Shown piece by piece: positions 8,279 through 16,451 of a stretch of 35,456 nt of DNA. The notes below the pieces were generated by a model, which ran no database searches, was not told where the DNA came from, and saw only the letters and a list, made by a program, of their open reading frames with translations. This DNA comes from an uncultured Dictyoglomota bacterium (lineage in GTDB: Bacteria > Dictyoglomota > Dictyoglomia > Dictyoglomales > Dictyoglomaceae), in contig CAZZIO010000033.1 of NCBI GenBank assembly GCA_964654465.1, positions 1 through 35,456 of the forward strand, given 5' to 3'. A program made the position numbers and the translations under genes. Each line of letters starts with the position of its first letter. Within the stretch, counting starts at the first letter, position 1.

Positions 8279-11200
8279 TTACTTAAGCTCTAAGGTTCCC
8301 CAGTTTTCAGGATGTGCCCATATCTCAGGGAGATCAACCCAAGATAGCATATTTTCTCTTACATATGCACCAATACCTGCATCTTGCTTATTAGAATTAT
8401 GTATGGTATGACAGAATCCAATTTTTATTCCCTCTTTAGGGATTACACCTAAATATTTCCAGGGTATGGCAACTTCTATATCATATCCATAGTCAGTCCT
8501 CTTAGAAGCAACTTTTACTTCTGGTGCTACAACTTTTATATCTCCGGGATTTGCATCTTCATGTCTTACCGCTTGAACATTTCCTGTGGTATCAAAAGGT
8601 AAAATTGCAATCTTAAATATTCCTGCATTGGAGCCTGCAACTAATGGATTAAGGTAAAATTCTATGGAATCTGTTCTATAGAATGCTCCAATATCTGTAG
8701 GGGCTATATTTATTACTAAATATTCATCATAGACCTTAGCATAAAGATATAGATATTCATTATCCCACAAAGCATAGAAGTTACTATGAAGAATTTGTTT
8801 TTTCTTATCTACTTTTGTAAATCCTGGTACATTCATATCTTCAGTAACTTTATTCTCAATTGCTAATTTCCATAAATCTTCAAAAATTCCATCAATCTTT
8901 GGAGAAGATTCTATTTTAACTGCTTGTGTAGACTTCATCTTTGCCTCTAAGGCTTTCTTTTCATATTCTTCTTTATACCAAGGAGTAACTGCATAATCTG
9001 CCCTCTTATACTTGAATCCTATCTTTCTCATTGCATCTCTTACGTATTTATTTTGCATAAAGTATTTCCAAACCATACCTGTTCTATAGTTTTCTATCAT
9101 GAGTAAAATAGTCCCTTGATCAATCCCTATGTGTTCTTTAGAATACCAATTTTCATCCACATTAAATCCACTGACAAATCCATATTTACCCCAGATTAGT
9201 GGTCCATGCTTAGATAACATTCCTTTTATAGCCTTCATACTAAGATCTGGAACAAAAGGTAGTGCTCCGATGGATGCATAAGGAACTATAGTTCCATCGT
9301 GATTTCCTTCTGATGCTCCATAGGCCCTGTATCCTCCGGGACCATCACCTGCGGAAAGTCCCCATATATCATCATCATATGTTTGATACTCACTCTTTCT
9401 TAGGAAGGTAAACATGTAATTGTATCTTGCTGCAGCTGCTGCATTATTAAAGTAATTTGCATATTTGTCTTCCTTATTCCTAAAGTCTATCCAAATATTG
9501 GGATATAGATAGACAAAGAGTACTTCATCTTTAAATGAGATGTATGTGTCATTTATAGGTCTTGAATATAGATCCCATGCAGAAACTGGAATAGGATATG
9601 TAGGTGAACCTATAGCTAAGAGAGTGGCAAGAATTCCTTCATCAAAGTTATCTCCCCATCTCCCTCCGAGAAAACCACCTTCAGGCTTCCATCCCATAGA
9701 TAAGGTGCTTCCACCTGCAAGCATCCATTGCCAATTAACATTTCTGTATATTTTATCTGCAAGTGATTCTATCTCTGTTCCTTTGAAGTATTCTCCTACA
9801 AAGATTACACCAGCAAGAAATAGAGCAGTATCAATAGATGATAATTCGCAGTTCCATACTCTTTTTCCTGTCTTCATATCTACAAAATGATAGAAGAAAC
9901 CATTATATCCTTCTACTTTTCCTTCTGCAAAGCTCTTTAAAGTGGTAAGTACTCTGTTATACCCTTCTGTCTTTGTTATCCATCCTCTTTCAATTGCTAT
10001 AGGAATTGCAGTTAACCCAAATCCTACAGCTGCTATACTTGATGGTGAATCTGCTGTGCTTCTATCTTTTATTAGCCCATTTTCTGGATTTGCCTCATTC
10101 CAGAAGTATTGGAAGGTCTTTTTCTGGATTTCGTCTAATAATGCATTATCACTTAAATCTAAAAGTCTTGTTACTTCTTCTTTTATCTTAGGATCTGCTT
10201 TTGCAAGAAGATCTTCTCTTGTTAATTTCTTTTTCTCTATCCTCATGAAAAGCCCATCTATATAGAATGGTTCTGTCAAAGGTATTTTATTTCTGTTTTC
10301 ATCATATCCCGCAAAGGCAAGGTAAACCATATATTTTCCACCGACTTCTGGTCTTGTCATTTCTCCTGCAAGTTCAAAGGTTATAGCATTCCATCCATCA
10401 GTGGGTTTTGTGCTTGAAAATACTCCTCCGACCCATCTCCATTCTTTTGTAAGATCTGCCATTCCAAGGAAGAACATTTCTGGTTTAATTTTCATCTCTG
10501 GTGGAATATATAAATTAAGTATAATCTTGTTTCCTCCTTTATTCCATATCTCAATCTTATCTTTTGGTATAGGCATTGCTAACTTTGTCTCTAAATTCTT
10601 GCCATCTGGAATTACCTTCATTGAAGCATTTCCCTGAATTACATATTCAGTATTTAGTTCAAAAACCGCTCCAGTATTGTCGTTATTGAAGGTTTCAATC
10701 TCCTCTTTTGTATCCATAGTCCATATATATGCAAATTCTCCAACATAACTTACATATAATCCATCAATATAGAATGCATCCACTAATGGAACTTTATTTC
10801 TTTTTTCATCATATCCTGCAAAGGCAAGATAAACTTTATATTTCCCATTCTCTGCTAAGCTTTTCATCTTTGGAGTAAGTACAAATTCTATGTCATTCCA
10901 TCCTTCTGTAACTTTTGTATTTGAGAATGTACCATCTACCCATTCCCAGCCTTTTGTAAGATCTCCCATTCCCATAAAGAACATTTCAGGCTTAATCTTC
11001 ATTTCTTCTGGAATGTATACTTTCATAATTACTTTATCACTTTCATTCCATATGCTTATCATATTCTTTGGAAGCCATAATGCTACCTTTGTTTCAAGGC
11101 TCTTTCCATTAGGTATTACCTTCATAGAATTTGTACCATTTGCAACATAAATATCGCTTAGTTCAAAAACTGCTCCTGTATTATCATTATCAAATGTTTT

Positions 11201-11797
11201 TATCTCAGATAATGTATCCATGCTCCATATATATAATTCTTTAGGTTCCTCAAAAGATTCAATAACTACTTTATCTACATAGAAAGGGTCCTTTATGGGA
11301 ATTTTCTTTCCATCCTTTTCCTCAATAAATGCAAAATATAGTATGTATTTTCCATCAGATTTAACATCCTTCATTTTGGGAGAAAGTTTAAATTCTATTA
11401 CGTTCCAACCATCTACTGCTTTGCTTTCTGAGAAAACACCATCAACCCAAGCCCAATCAGTAGTTACATCTGCCATTCCAAGGAAGAATTTGTTGGGTTT
11501 TGTTTCTGCAGATTTTTTAATGAAAACTGATATCTTTAATAAATCTTTTTCTGCCCATTTTGATAATATCTCTCCAGATATTTGGAATGCCATTTTTGTT
11601 TCATCAGATTTTCCTGAAGGAATAATTTTTATAGAATGTTTTCCATCTGCTACGTATTCTATGCTTTTTTCAAATTTTGCTCCTGTATTATCATCGCTTA
11701 ATCCTGTTATTTCATCCATAGGATTTACATAATCAAAAGAAAAAGAGAGATTTCCAAGAAAAATTAATATTAAAATAATCACTAAAAATCTTTTCAT
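8279..11797 (-). CDS. Secreted multimodular GH144-like (glucoamylase-like/DUF3131) putative beta-1,2-glucanase: signal peptide, three CBM-like repeats, catalytic domain, CBM9-like domain
   Basis: aa ~548-930: FQYFWNEANPENGLIKDR, SIAAVGFGL, GFFYHF, ELSSIDTALF, WGLSAGDGP, DGTI, WGKYGF, GIDQGTILLMIENYRTG. aa ~960-1172: PKIDG, ALWDNEYLYLYAKVYD, DSIEFY, GYDIEVAIPW (CBM9_1/DOMON-like). Confidence 0.85.
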   Translation of the reverse strand: MKRFLVIILILIFLGNLSFSFDYVNPMDEITGLSDDNTGAKFEKSIEYVADGKHSIKIIPSGKSDETKMAFQISGEILSKWAEKDLLKISVFIKKSAETKPNKFFLGMADVTTDWAWVDGVFSESKAVDGWNVIEFKLSPKMKDVKSDGKYILYFAFIEEKDGKKIPIKDPFYVDKVVIESFEEPKELYIWSMDTLSEIKTFDNDNTGAVFELSDIYVANGTNSMKVIPNGKSLETKVALWLPKNMISIWNESDKVIMKVYIPEEMKIKPEMFFMGMGDLTKGWEWVDGTFSNTKVTEGWNDIEFVLTPKMKSLAENGKYKVYLAFAGYDEKRNKVPLVDAFYIDGLYVSYVGEFAYIWTMDTKEEIETFNNDNTGAVFELNTEYVIQGNASMKVIPDGKNLETKLAMPIPKDKIEIWNKGGNKIILNLYIPPEMKIKPEMFFLGMADLTKEWRWVGGVFSSTKPTDGWNAITFELAGEMTRPEVGGKYMVYLAFAGYDENRNKIPLTEPFYIDGLFMRIEKKKLTREDLLAKADPKIKEEVTRLLDLSDNALLDEIQKKTFQYFWNEANPENGLIKDRSTADSPSSIAAVGFGLTAIPIAIERGWITKTEGYNRVLTTLKSFAEGKVEGYNGFFYHFVDMKTGKRVWNCELSSIDTALFLAGVIFVGEYFKGTEIESLADKIYRNVNWQWMLAGGSTLSMGWKPEGGFLGGRWGDNFDEGILATLLAIGSPTYPIPVSAWDLYSRPINDTYISFKDEVLFVYLYPNIWIDFRNKEDKYANYFNNAAAAARYNYMFTFLRKSEYQTYDDDIWGLSAGDGPGGYRAYGASEGNHDGTIVPYASIGALPFVPDLSMKAIKGMLSKHGPLIWGKYGFVSGFNVDENWYSKEHIGIDQGTILLMIENYRTGMVWKYFMQNKYVRDAMRKIGFKYKRADYAVTPWYKEEYEKKALEAKMKSTQAVKIESSPKIDGIFEDLWKLAIENKVTEDMNVPGFTKVDKKKQILHSNFYALWDNEYLYLYAKVYDEYLVINIAPTDIGAFYRTDSIEFYLNPLVAGSNAGIFKIAILPFDTTGNVQAVRHEDANPGDIKVVAPEVKVASKRTDYGYDIEVAIPWKYLGVIPKEGIKIGFCHTIHNSNKQDAGIGAYVRENMLSWVDLPEIWAHPENWGTLELK
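10238..11737 (-). repeat. Three tandem ~165-aa repeats (aa ~21-180, ~188-350, ~356-520)
   Basis: Each copy has DNTGAxFE, GxxSxKxIPxGK, ETK, KPxxFFxGMxDxT, WxWVxG, GWN, GKY, FYxD. Approximate DNA spans 11737-11258, 11236-10748, 10732-10238. Confidence 0.93.
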
Positions 11798-11861
11798 AAA
11801 AAACCCCCCTTATTTTTGTTTATAAAAGGAACAAAAATCTTTTAATTTTTCTCACCCCCTT

Positions 11862-14228
11862 TTAAATATTTACTTCTACAAAAACAGGATTCTTAGGCCC
11901 TTGATAATTAATAGTGTCCCCATTAATTTTTTTACCATCTAAAAAGATTTCAAATTTTCCCTTTCTTCTTATATAAATCTCATAAATTTTTCCTCTAAAT
12001 AACCTTTTAACTTTTACTTCATCCCAGTTTTCAGGAATGTTTGGAGAGATTTTTAAACCTTCCCAGGTTGGAATTATTCCTAAGATTCCTTCTATTCCCG
12101 CTATGAAATACCAAGTTGCAGATCCTGTATACCAGCTCCATCCTCCTCTTCCAAAATATTTTGAATCTGGACCATCTACATTTCCACATGTTACATAAGG
12201 TTCTACTTGGTATAGATCAGGGTTCATTCCTCTATAAATGGGCATAAAACTTTTATAAATCTCGTAAGCAATCTTATCTTTTACTTTGCATACTGCTAAG
12301 ACTGCCCAACATCCTGCATGGGTATACAGTCCCCCATTCTCTCTAACTCCAGGTGCATATCTTGTAAGATATCCAATTTGTGGATTAGGTTTTGTATAAG
12401 CAGGATATAGCAGTAAAGGACCATATTCTCTAAAAAGATATTTTTTCATAGATTCATAAGCTTTTTCTTTTTTGTTCTCTTCTGCAGAATCATTTAAAAT
12501 TGCCCAACTTTGTGCATTTAAAAATATTTTTCCTTCCTCACATGATTTACTTCCAATTGGCTCGCCATTATCCTTAAAGGCTCTTATATACCATTCTCCG
12601 TCCCATCCATATTTATTAATTGCTTCTTTAAGTTCTTTTGCTCTTTCTCTATAATATTCTGCTCTATCAAAATCTTTTTCTTTTTCTGCCACATAAGAAA
12701 AATCAAGAAGTATTCCATATAGAAAGTGCCCTAACCATATACTTTCACCCTTTCCTTCTGTTCCTACTGCATTCATTCCATCATTCCAATCCCCATTTCC
12801 TATTAATGGAAGTCCTCGAGGACTAAATTTCTTTAAACTTAGATCAATGGCTTTATAGCAGTGTTCATATATTGTTCCTTCACCGCTATCTATATATGGG
12901 ATGATTTCTTTAAGGATAGACCAATCATCTGTATTTTTTAAATATCTAATAACTAAAAAGGGAAGCCAAAGTCTATTGTCAGATATCTCATTTCTATGTC
13001 CTATCTTACTAATAGGATGCCACCAATGATAAACATATCCATCGGAAAATTGATGTTTTGCATGAAGTTTTATCTGATCAAAAGTTTTTTTAGGATCAAG
13101 ATACAAAAATATCTGACTATCCTGTAATTGGTCTCTAAAACCATAAGCTCCGCCTAATTGGTAATATGCTGTTCTTGCCCAAAGTCTTCCAGAAATGGCT
13201 TGATATTTTAGCCAGTAATTATTCATAATATTGAAAGCTGGATCTTTTGTCTCTACATAAAAACCAGATAATAAGTCTTCCCACATCTTTTTAACATCTC
13301 CTAAGGCTTTCTCTACTTTTTCTTTTGTATTGTATTTTTCTAAAATTTTTTCAATATTTTCCTCAGAGTTATTCTTTACTGCTCCAAGGGAAAAGATTAA
13401 GATTTTTTCTTCACAAGGATCAAGTTTTATATCAATTTTCAAAGATGCGATATCATCTTCCCACTTTCCAAAAGTATTTGTTAATCTTCCCTCAATAAGT
13501 GCCTTAGGAGAGACCAAGTCCCTATACATTCCTATAAACTCTTCTTTTGAGCCTTCTGCTTCACTTACAGGATAGTTTACCCAATGGAAAGCCGTATAAT
13601 CCCAATCTTTGTTCCAATGTTCTCCTTTCTCATTAGGGATTTCCCATAATCTTTTCCTTGAATAGATATAGTTTTTTTCTTTGTTAAAATAGGTTTCAAT
13701 AAAGGTTCTATGAAATTCTCTATGCCAATCAGGAGCGGATCCAAGATTCCATTCAAGATAAGTAAAAAGAGAAAGGTCTTTTTTCTTTTTATCTTCGTTT
13801 ATTATTTTAAGAATCCATATTTCTAATGGATCCTTTAAAGGGACAAAAAGAGTTAATTCAAAAGTTATATTGTAATATTTTGTTTTAAATATAGAGTAGC
13901 CAAAGCCATATATGGCTTCAAAATTTTCATAATCTGAACATACAGGTTTCCAAGGTATGGACCAAAAAATTTTTTTCTTGTTATCTCTTACATATATATA
14001 TTTTCCAAAATCATCTTTTATAAGATCTTGATTCCAGCGAGTTATTCTATTTAGAGATGCATGAGTCCTAAAGCTATATCCAGAACCTGTGTTAGATATA
14101 ACAATACCATAATCTCCATTACTGATAACATTTATCCAAGGTTTAGGAGTTTGTGGAGTTTTTATGACATACTCCTTCCCATTTTCAGTAAAATAACCAT
14201 ATTTATTTTCGAAAAGTTTCTCTTTCAT
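11862..14228 (-). CDS. GH94 glycoside phosphorylase resembling the Cgs/NdvB phosphorylase domain; probably acts on beta-1,2-glucooligosaccharides
   Basis: TPKPWINVISN, GGAYGFRDQLQD, HWWHP, GLPLIGNGDWNDGMN (catalytic Asp), GKGESIWLG, PGVRENGGLYTH, VEPYV, GRGGWSWYTGSA. No signal peptide. Confidence 0.9.
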   Translation of the reverse strand: MKEKLFENKYGYFTENGKEYVIKTPQTPKPWINVISNGDYGIVISNTGSGYSFRTHASLNRITRWNQDLIKDDFGKYIYVRDNKKKIFWSIPWKPVCSDYENFEAIYGFGYSIFKTKYYNITFELTLFVPLKDPLEIWILKIINEDKKKKDLSLFTYLEWNLGSAPDWHREFHRTFIETYFNKEKNYIYSRKRLWEIPNEKGEHWNKDWDYTAFHWVNYPVSEAEGSKEEFIGMYRDLVSPKALIEGRLTNTFGKWEDDIASLKIDIKLDPCEEKILIFSLGAVKNNSEENIEKILEKYNTKEKVEKALGDVKKMWEDLLSGFYVETKDPAFNIMNNYWLKYQAISGRLWARTAYYQLGGAYGFRDQLQDSQIFLYLDPKKTFDQIKLHAKHQFSDGYVYHWWHPISKIGHRNEISDNRLWLPFLVIRYLKNTDDWSILKEIIPYIDSGEGTIYEHCYKAIDLSLKKFSPRGLPLIGNGDWNDGMNAVGTEGKGESIWLGHFLYGILLDFSYVAEKEKDFDRAEYYRERAKELKEAINKYGWDGEWYIRAFKDNGEPIGSKSCEEGKIFLNAQSWAILNDSAEENKKEKAYESMKKYLFREYGPLLLYPAYTKPNPQIGYLTRYAPGVRENGGLYTHAGCWAVLAVCKVKDKIAYEIYKSFMPIYRGMNPDLYQVEPYVTCGNVDGPDSKYFGRGGWSWYTGSATWYFIAGIEGILGIIPTWEGLKISPNIPENWDEVKVKRLFRGKIYEIYIRRKGKFEIFLDGKKINGDTINYQGPKNPVFVEVNI

Positions 14229-14267
14229 TTTATCCTCTCATATATAATTTATTTCGAAAAAAAATAT

Positions 14268-14277
14268 GAAACGTTTC
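14268..14277. promoter_or_regulatory. LacI-family operator 1 (GAAACGTTTC)
   Basis: Perfect 10-bp palindrome with central CG, at the predicted +1 region of the GH94 promoter. Confidence 0.75.
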
Positions 14278-14284
14278 TACTTTA

Positions 14285-14312
14285 ATTTTATTTTAAATTT
14301 TTCTTCTGTCAA
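14285..14312 (-). promoter_or_regulatory. Sigma70-type promoter of the GH94-GH144-ABC operon
   Basis: TTGACA (14312-14307), 16-nt spacer, TAAAAT (14290-14285). Confidence 0.65.
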
Positions 14313-14378
14313 GAGGAAATTTTGTAAATAATTTAACTTTAAAATTTTAGTATTTCTATTTATTCTTTATAAAAATCC

Positions 14379-14407
14379 TTGAAGATTTGAAAAAAACTGT
14401 ATAAAAT
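14379..14407 (+). promoter_or_regulatory. Sigma70-type promoter of the lacI-family gene
   Basis: TTGAAG (14379-14384), 17-nt spacer, TAAAAT (14402-14407). Confidence 0.55.
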
Positions 14408-14412
14408 TATAA

Positions 14413-14422
14413 AAAACGTTTC
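14413..14422. promoter_or_regulatory. LacI-family operator 2 (AAAACGTTTC), probably autoregulatory
   Basis: 9/10 match to operator 1; lies between the -10 and the SD of the regulator gene. Confidence 0.7.
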
Positions 14423-14442
14423 TTTAAAAGGAGGGATTTTAT

Positions 14443-15438
14443 TTGGTCACTATAAAAGATGTGGCAAAGCTTGCAGGTGTTTCTATTTCTACTGCTTCTT
14501 ATGCATTGAATAATAGTAATAAGGTAAGTGAAAAAACAAGAGAGAAGGTTTTAAAAGCTGCAAAGGAGTTAAATTATATCCCTAATAAATTTGCTCAAAA
14601 TTTAAAAAAGCTAAGAACTGATTTGATAGCCCTTATAGTTCATGAAATTAATGGCCCCTTTTATGATAAATTGGTTCAGGGAATCCTAGATGTGGCTCAT
14701 ATTTTGGGATATAATTTAGTCATATTTTGCGAATCTGGTCATGGAAGACCATCTTCCTTGGTTTTTTTAAAAGAAAAAATATTTAATGGTGCCATAATAA
14801 TGACTCCTGTGGTCTCAAATGATGATATTAAAGAGCTTGTAGAAGAAAACATACCCTTGGTCCTTTTAGATAGGAAATTAGAAGAAGTTAATGTATGTAG
14901 TGTTCTTATAGATAACGAGAAGGGTGCTTTTGAAGCAGTAAGACATCTTATTGAATTAAATCATAGGAAGATTGGTTTTATTAGTGGTCCTCCAGATTCT
15001 TATGATAATAAAGAAAGATATAAAGGATTTGTAAAAGCAATGGAAAAATTTGGATTAAAAGTATATGAAGATTTAATTATTCAAGGTAATTTTACTGAGG
15101 AATCAGGTTATAAAGCAATGAAAGAGTTTATCTCAAGGAAAAAAGGAGAAATGCCTACTGCATTTTTCTCCTCTAACGATGAAATGGCAATTGGAGCGAT
15201 GAAAGCTTTGCAAGAAGAAGGTTTTAAAATTCCTGACCATATATCCATTGTGGGATTTGATGATATAAACTTAGCCCAATATGTACAACCTAAGCTTACA
15301 ACTGTAAGAAGACCAATGTATGAACTTGGTTCATTTTCTGCTCATATGTTAATAAATACAATAAAGGGAAGGTTAAAATATAGCAATATTACCTTAGATG
15401 TTGAGCTTATCTTAAGGGAATCTACCAGGAAAGTCTGA
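14443..15438 (+). CDS. LacI-family transcriptional regulator
   Basis: TIKDVAKLAGVSISTAS HTH, YIPNKFAQNL hinge, NDEMAIGA, ISIVGFDD, LTTV. TTG start with SD AAGGAGGG. Confidence 0.96.
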   Translation: MVTIKDVAKLAGVSISTASYALNNSNKVSEKTREKVLKAAKELNYIPNKFAQNLKKLRTDLIALIVHEINGPFYDKLVQGILDVAHILGYNLVIFCESGHGRPSSLVFLKEKIFNGAIIMTPVVSNDDIKELVEENIPLVLLDRKLEEVNVCSVLIDNEKGAFEAVRHLIELNHRKIGFISGPPDSYDNKERYKGFVKAMEKFGLKVYEDLIIQGNFTEESGYKAMKEFISRKKGEMPTAFFSSNDEMAIGAMKALQEEGFKIPDHISIVGFDDINLAQYVQPKLTTVRRPMYELGSFSAHMLINTIKGRLKYSNITLDVELILRESTRKV

Positions 15439-16195
15439 TTACTTCTTCTTTTATTCCTTTATCTGTAACCTCTAACAAGATAAAATGGGGTTTCCCTTCA
15501 TCAATTTCTGTTGATACGTAAGGGCGAGCCCCTCCAATTCCTGAAATTATATAGGTTACTCCATTTATTACCTTTCTATAGTACATATGAATATGTCCTG
15601 AAAAGACATAATTTACTTTATATTCTTCAAAAATTCTCATAAGTTCCTTAGACTCAAAAGGATCTGCCTTATGAAATAAGAAGAAAAAACTGGGAGATAT
15701 AATGGGCTGATGCATGAAAACAAATTTATATTTTTTATCTGTGTTTTTTAATATGTTAATAAGCCAATTCATTTGTTCTTTTCCTATTTTTCCTGAAGAA
15801 TTATTAAGAATTATAAATCTTGAGTTTTCGTAATCAAAATAATAATAAAGAGGTCTTCCTGTAAAGGCTTGATACTTTTCACCTTTGGGATCACCCTTTA
15901 GATCGTGATTTCCAGGGACAAAATAAATGGGAATTTTGACATCTTTTATAAGATTTCTTAAAAAATTATATTCCTCTTCACTACTATTATCTAAGATATC
16001 TCCCAATTGAATAATAAAATCTGGTTTTCTTTTTAAAATTTCAGAAAAATTTCTCTCAAATACTCCCTTTACAGGTCTTCCTGCTCTATCACCAATTACT
16101 GCAAAAGTAAAGGAATAAGAGATAGAAAATATTTCCCAAAAGACAAAAAATATCAAGAATATTATCTTAAGTATTTTTTTAATCAGCTCTCTCAC
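15422..16195 (-). CDS. Calcineurin-like metallophosphoesterase with N-terminal signal peptide or anchor
   Basis: IGD, LGD, PGNHD, FMH and GHIH metal-binding motifs. The 3' end overlaps the lacI gene by 17 nt; the exact start is uncertain. Confidence 0.88.
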   Translation of the reverse strand: MRELIKKILKIIFLIFFVFWEIFSISYSFTFAVIGDRAGRPVKGVFERNFSEILKRKPDFIIQLGDILDNSSEEEYNFLRNLIKDVKIPIYFVPGNHDLKGDPKGEKYQAFTGRPLYYYFDYENSRFIILNNSSGKIGKEQMNWLINILKNTDKKYKFVFMHQPIISPSFFFLFHKADPFESKELMRIFEEYKVNYVFSGHIHMYYRKVINGVTYIISGIGGARPYVSTEIDEGKPHFILLEVTDKGIKEEVIRLSW

Positions 16196-16451
16196 CTCTT
16201 AGATAAATGGACTAAAAGTCCAAATTGAGACAATCTTGTTACTATTATACAAAAAGGGTGGTTAAAATTTAAGAGTTATAAAAAGGAATTGAAATTTATA
16301 CCTTTTGAAACTCTTGAGGTTGTGTTAAAATTTTAAAAAATTATTTAAAAAATTAGAGGAAAAGAAATGAAGATATTAGTTTGTTTTTCTTAGAGACATA
16401 TTTAATAAGAAGATATTTAAGACTTTTGAGGAAAGATTAAAGAGGTAAGAT

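Noticed and set aside
8279-14228. Default labels glucoamylase and cellobiose phosphorylase
   Set aside because: Motifs match the DUF3131/GH144 type rather than GH15, and the GH94 motifs are Cgs-like; the SBP context also points to beta-1,2-glucan.
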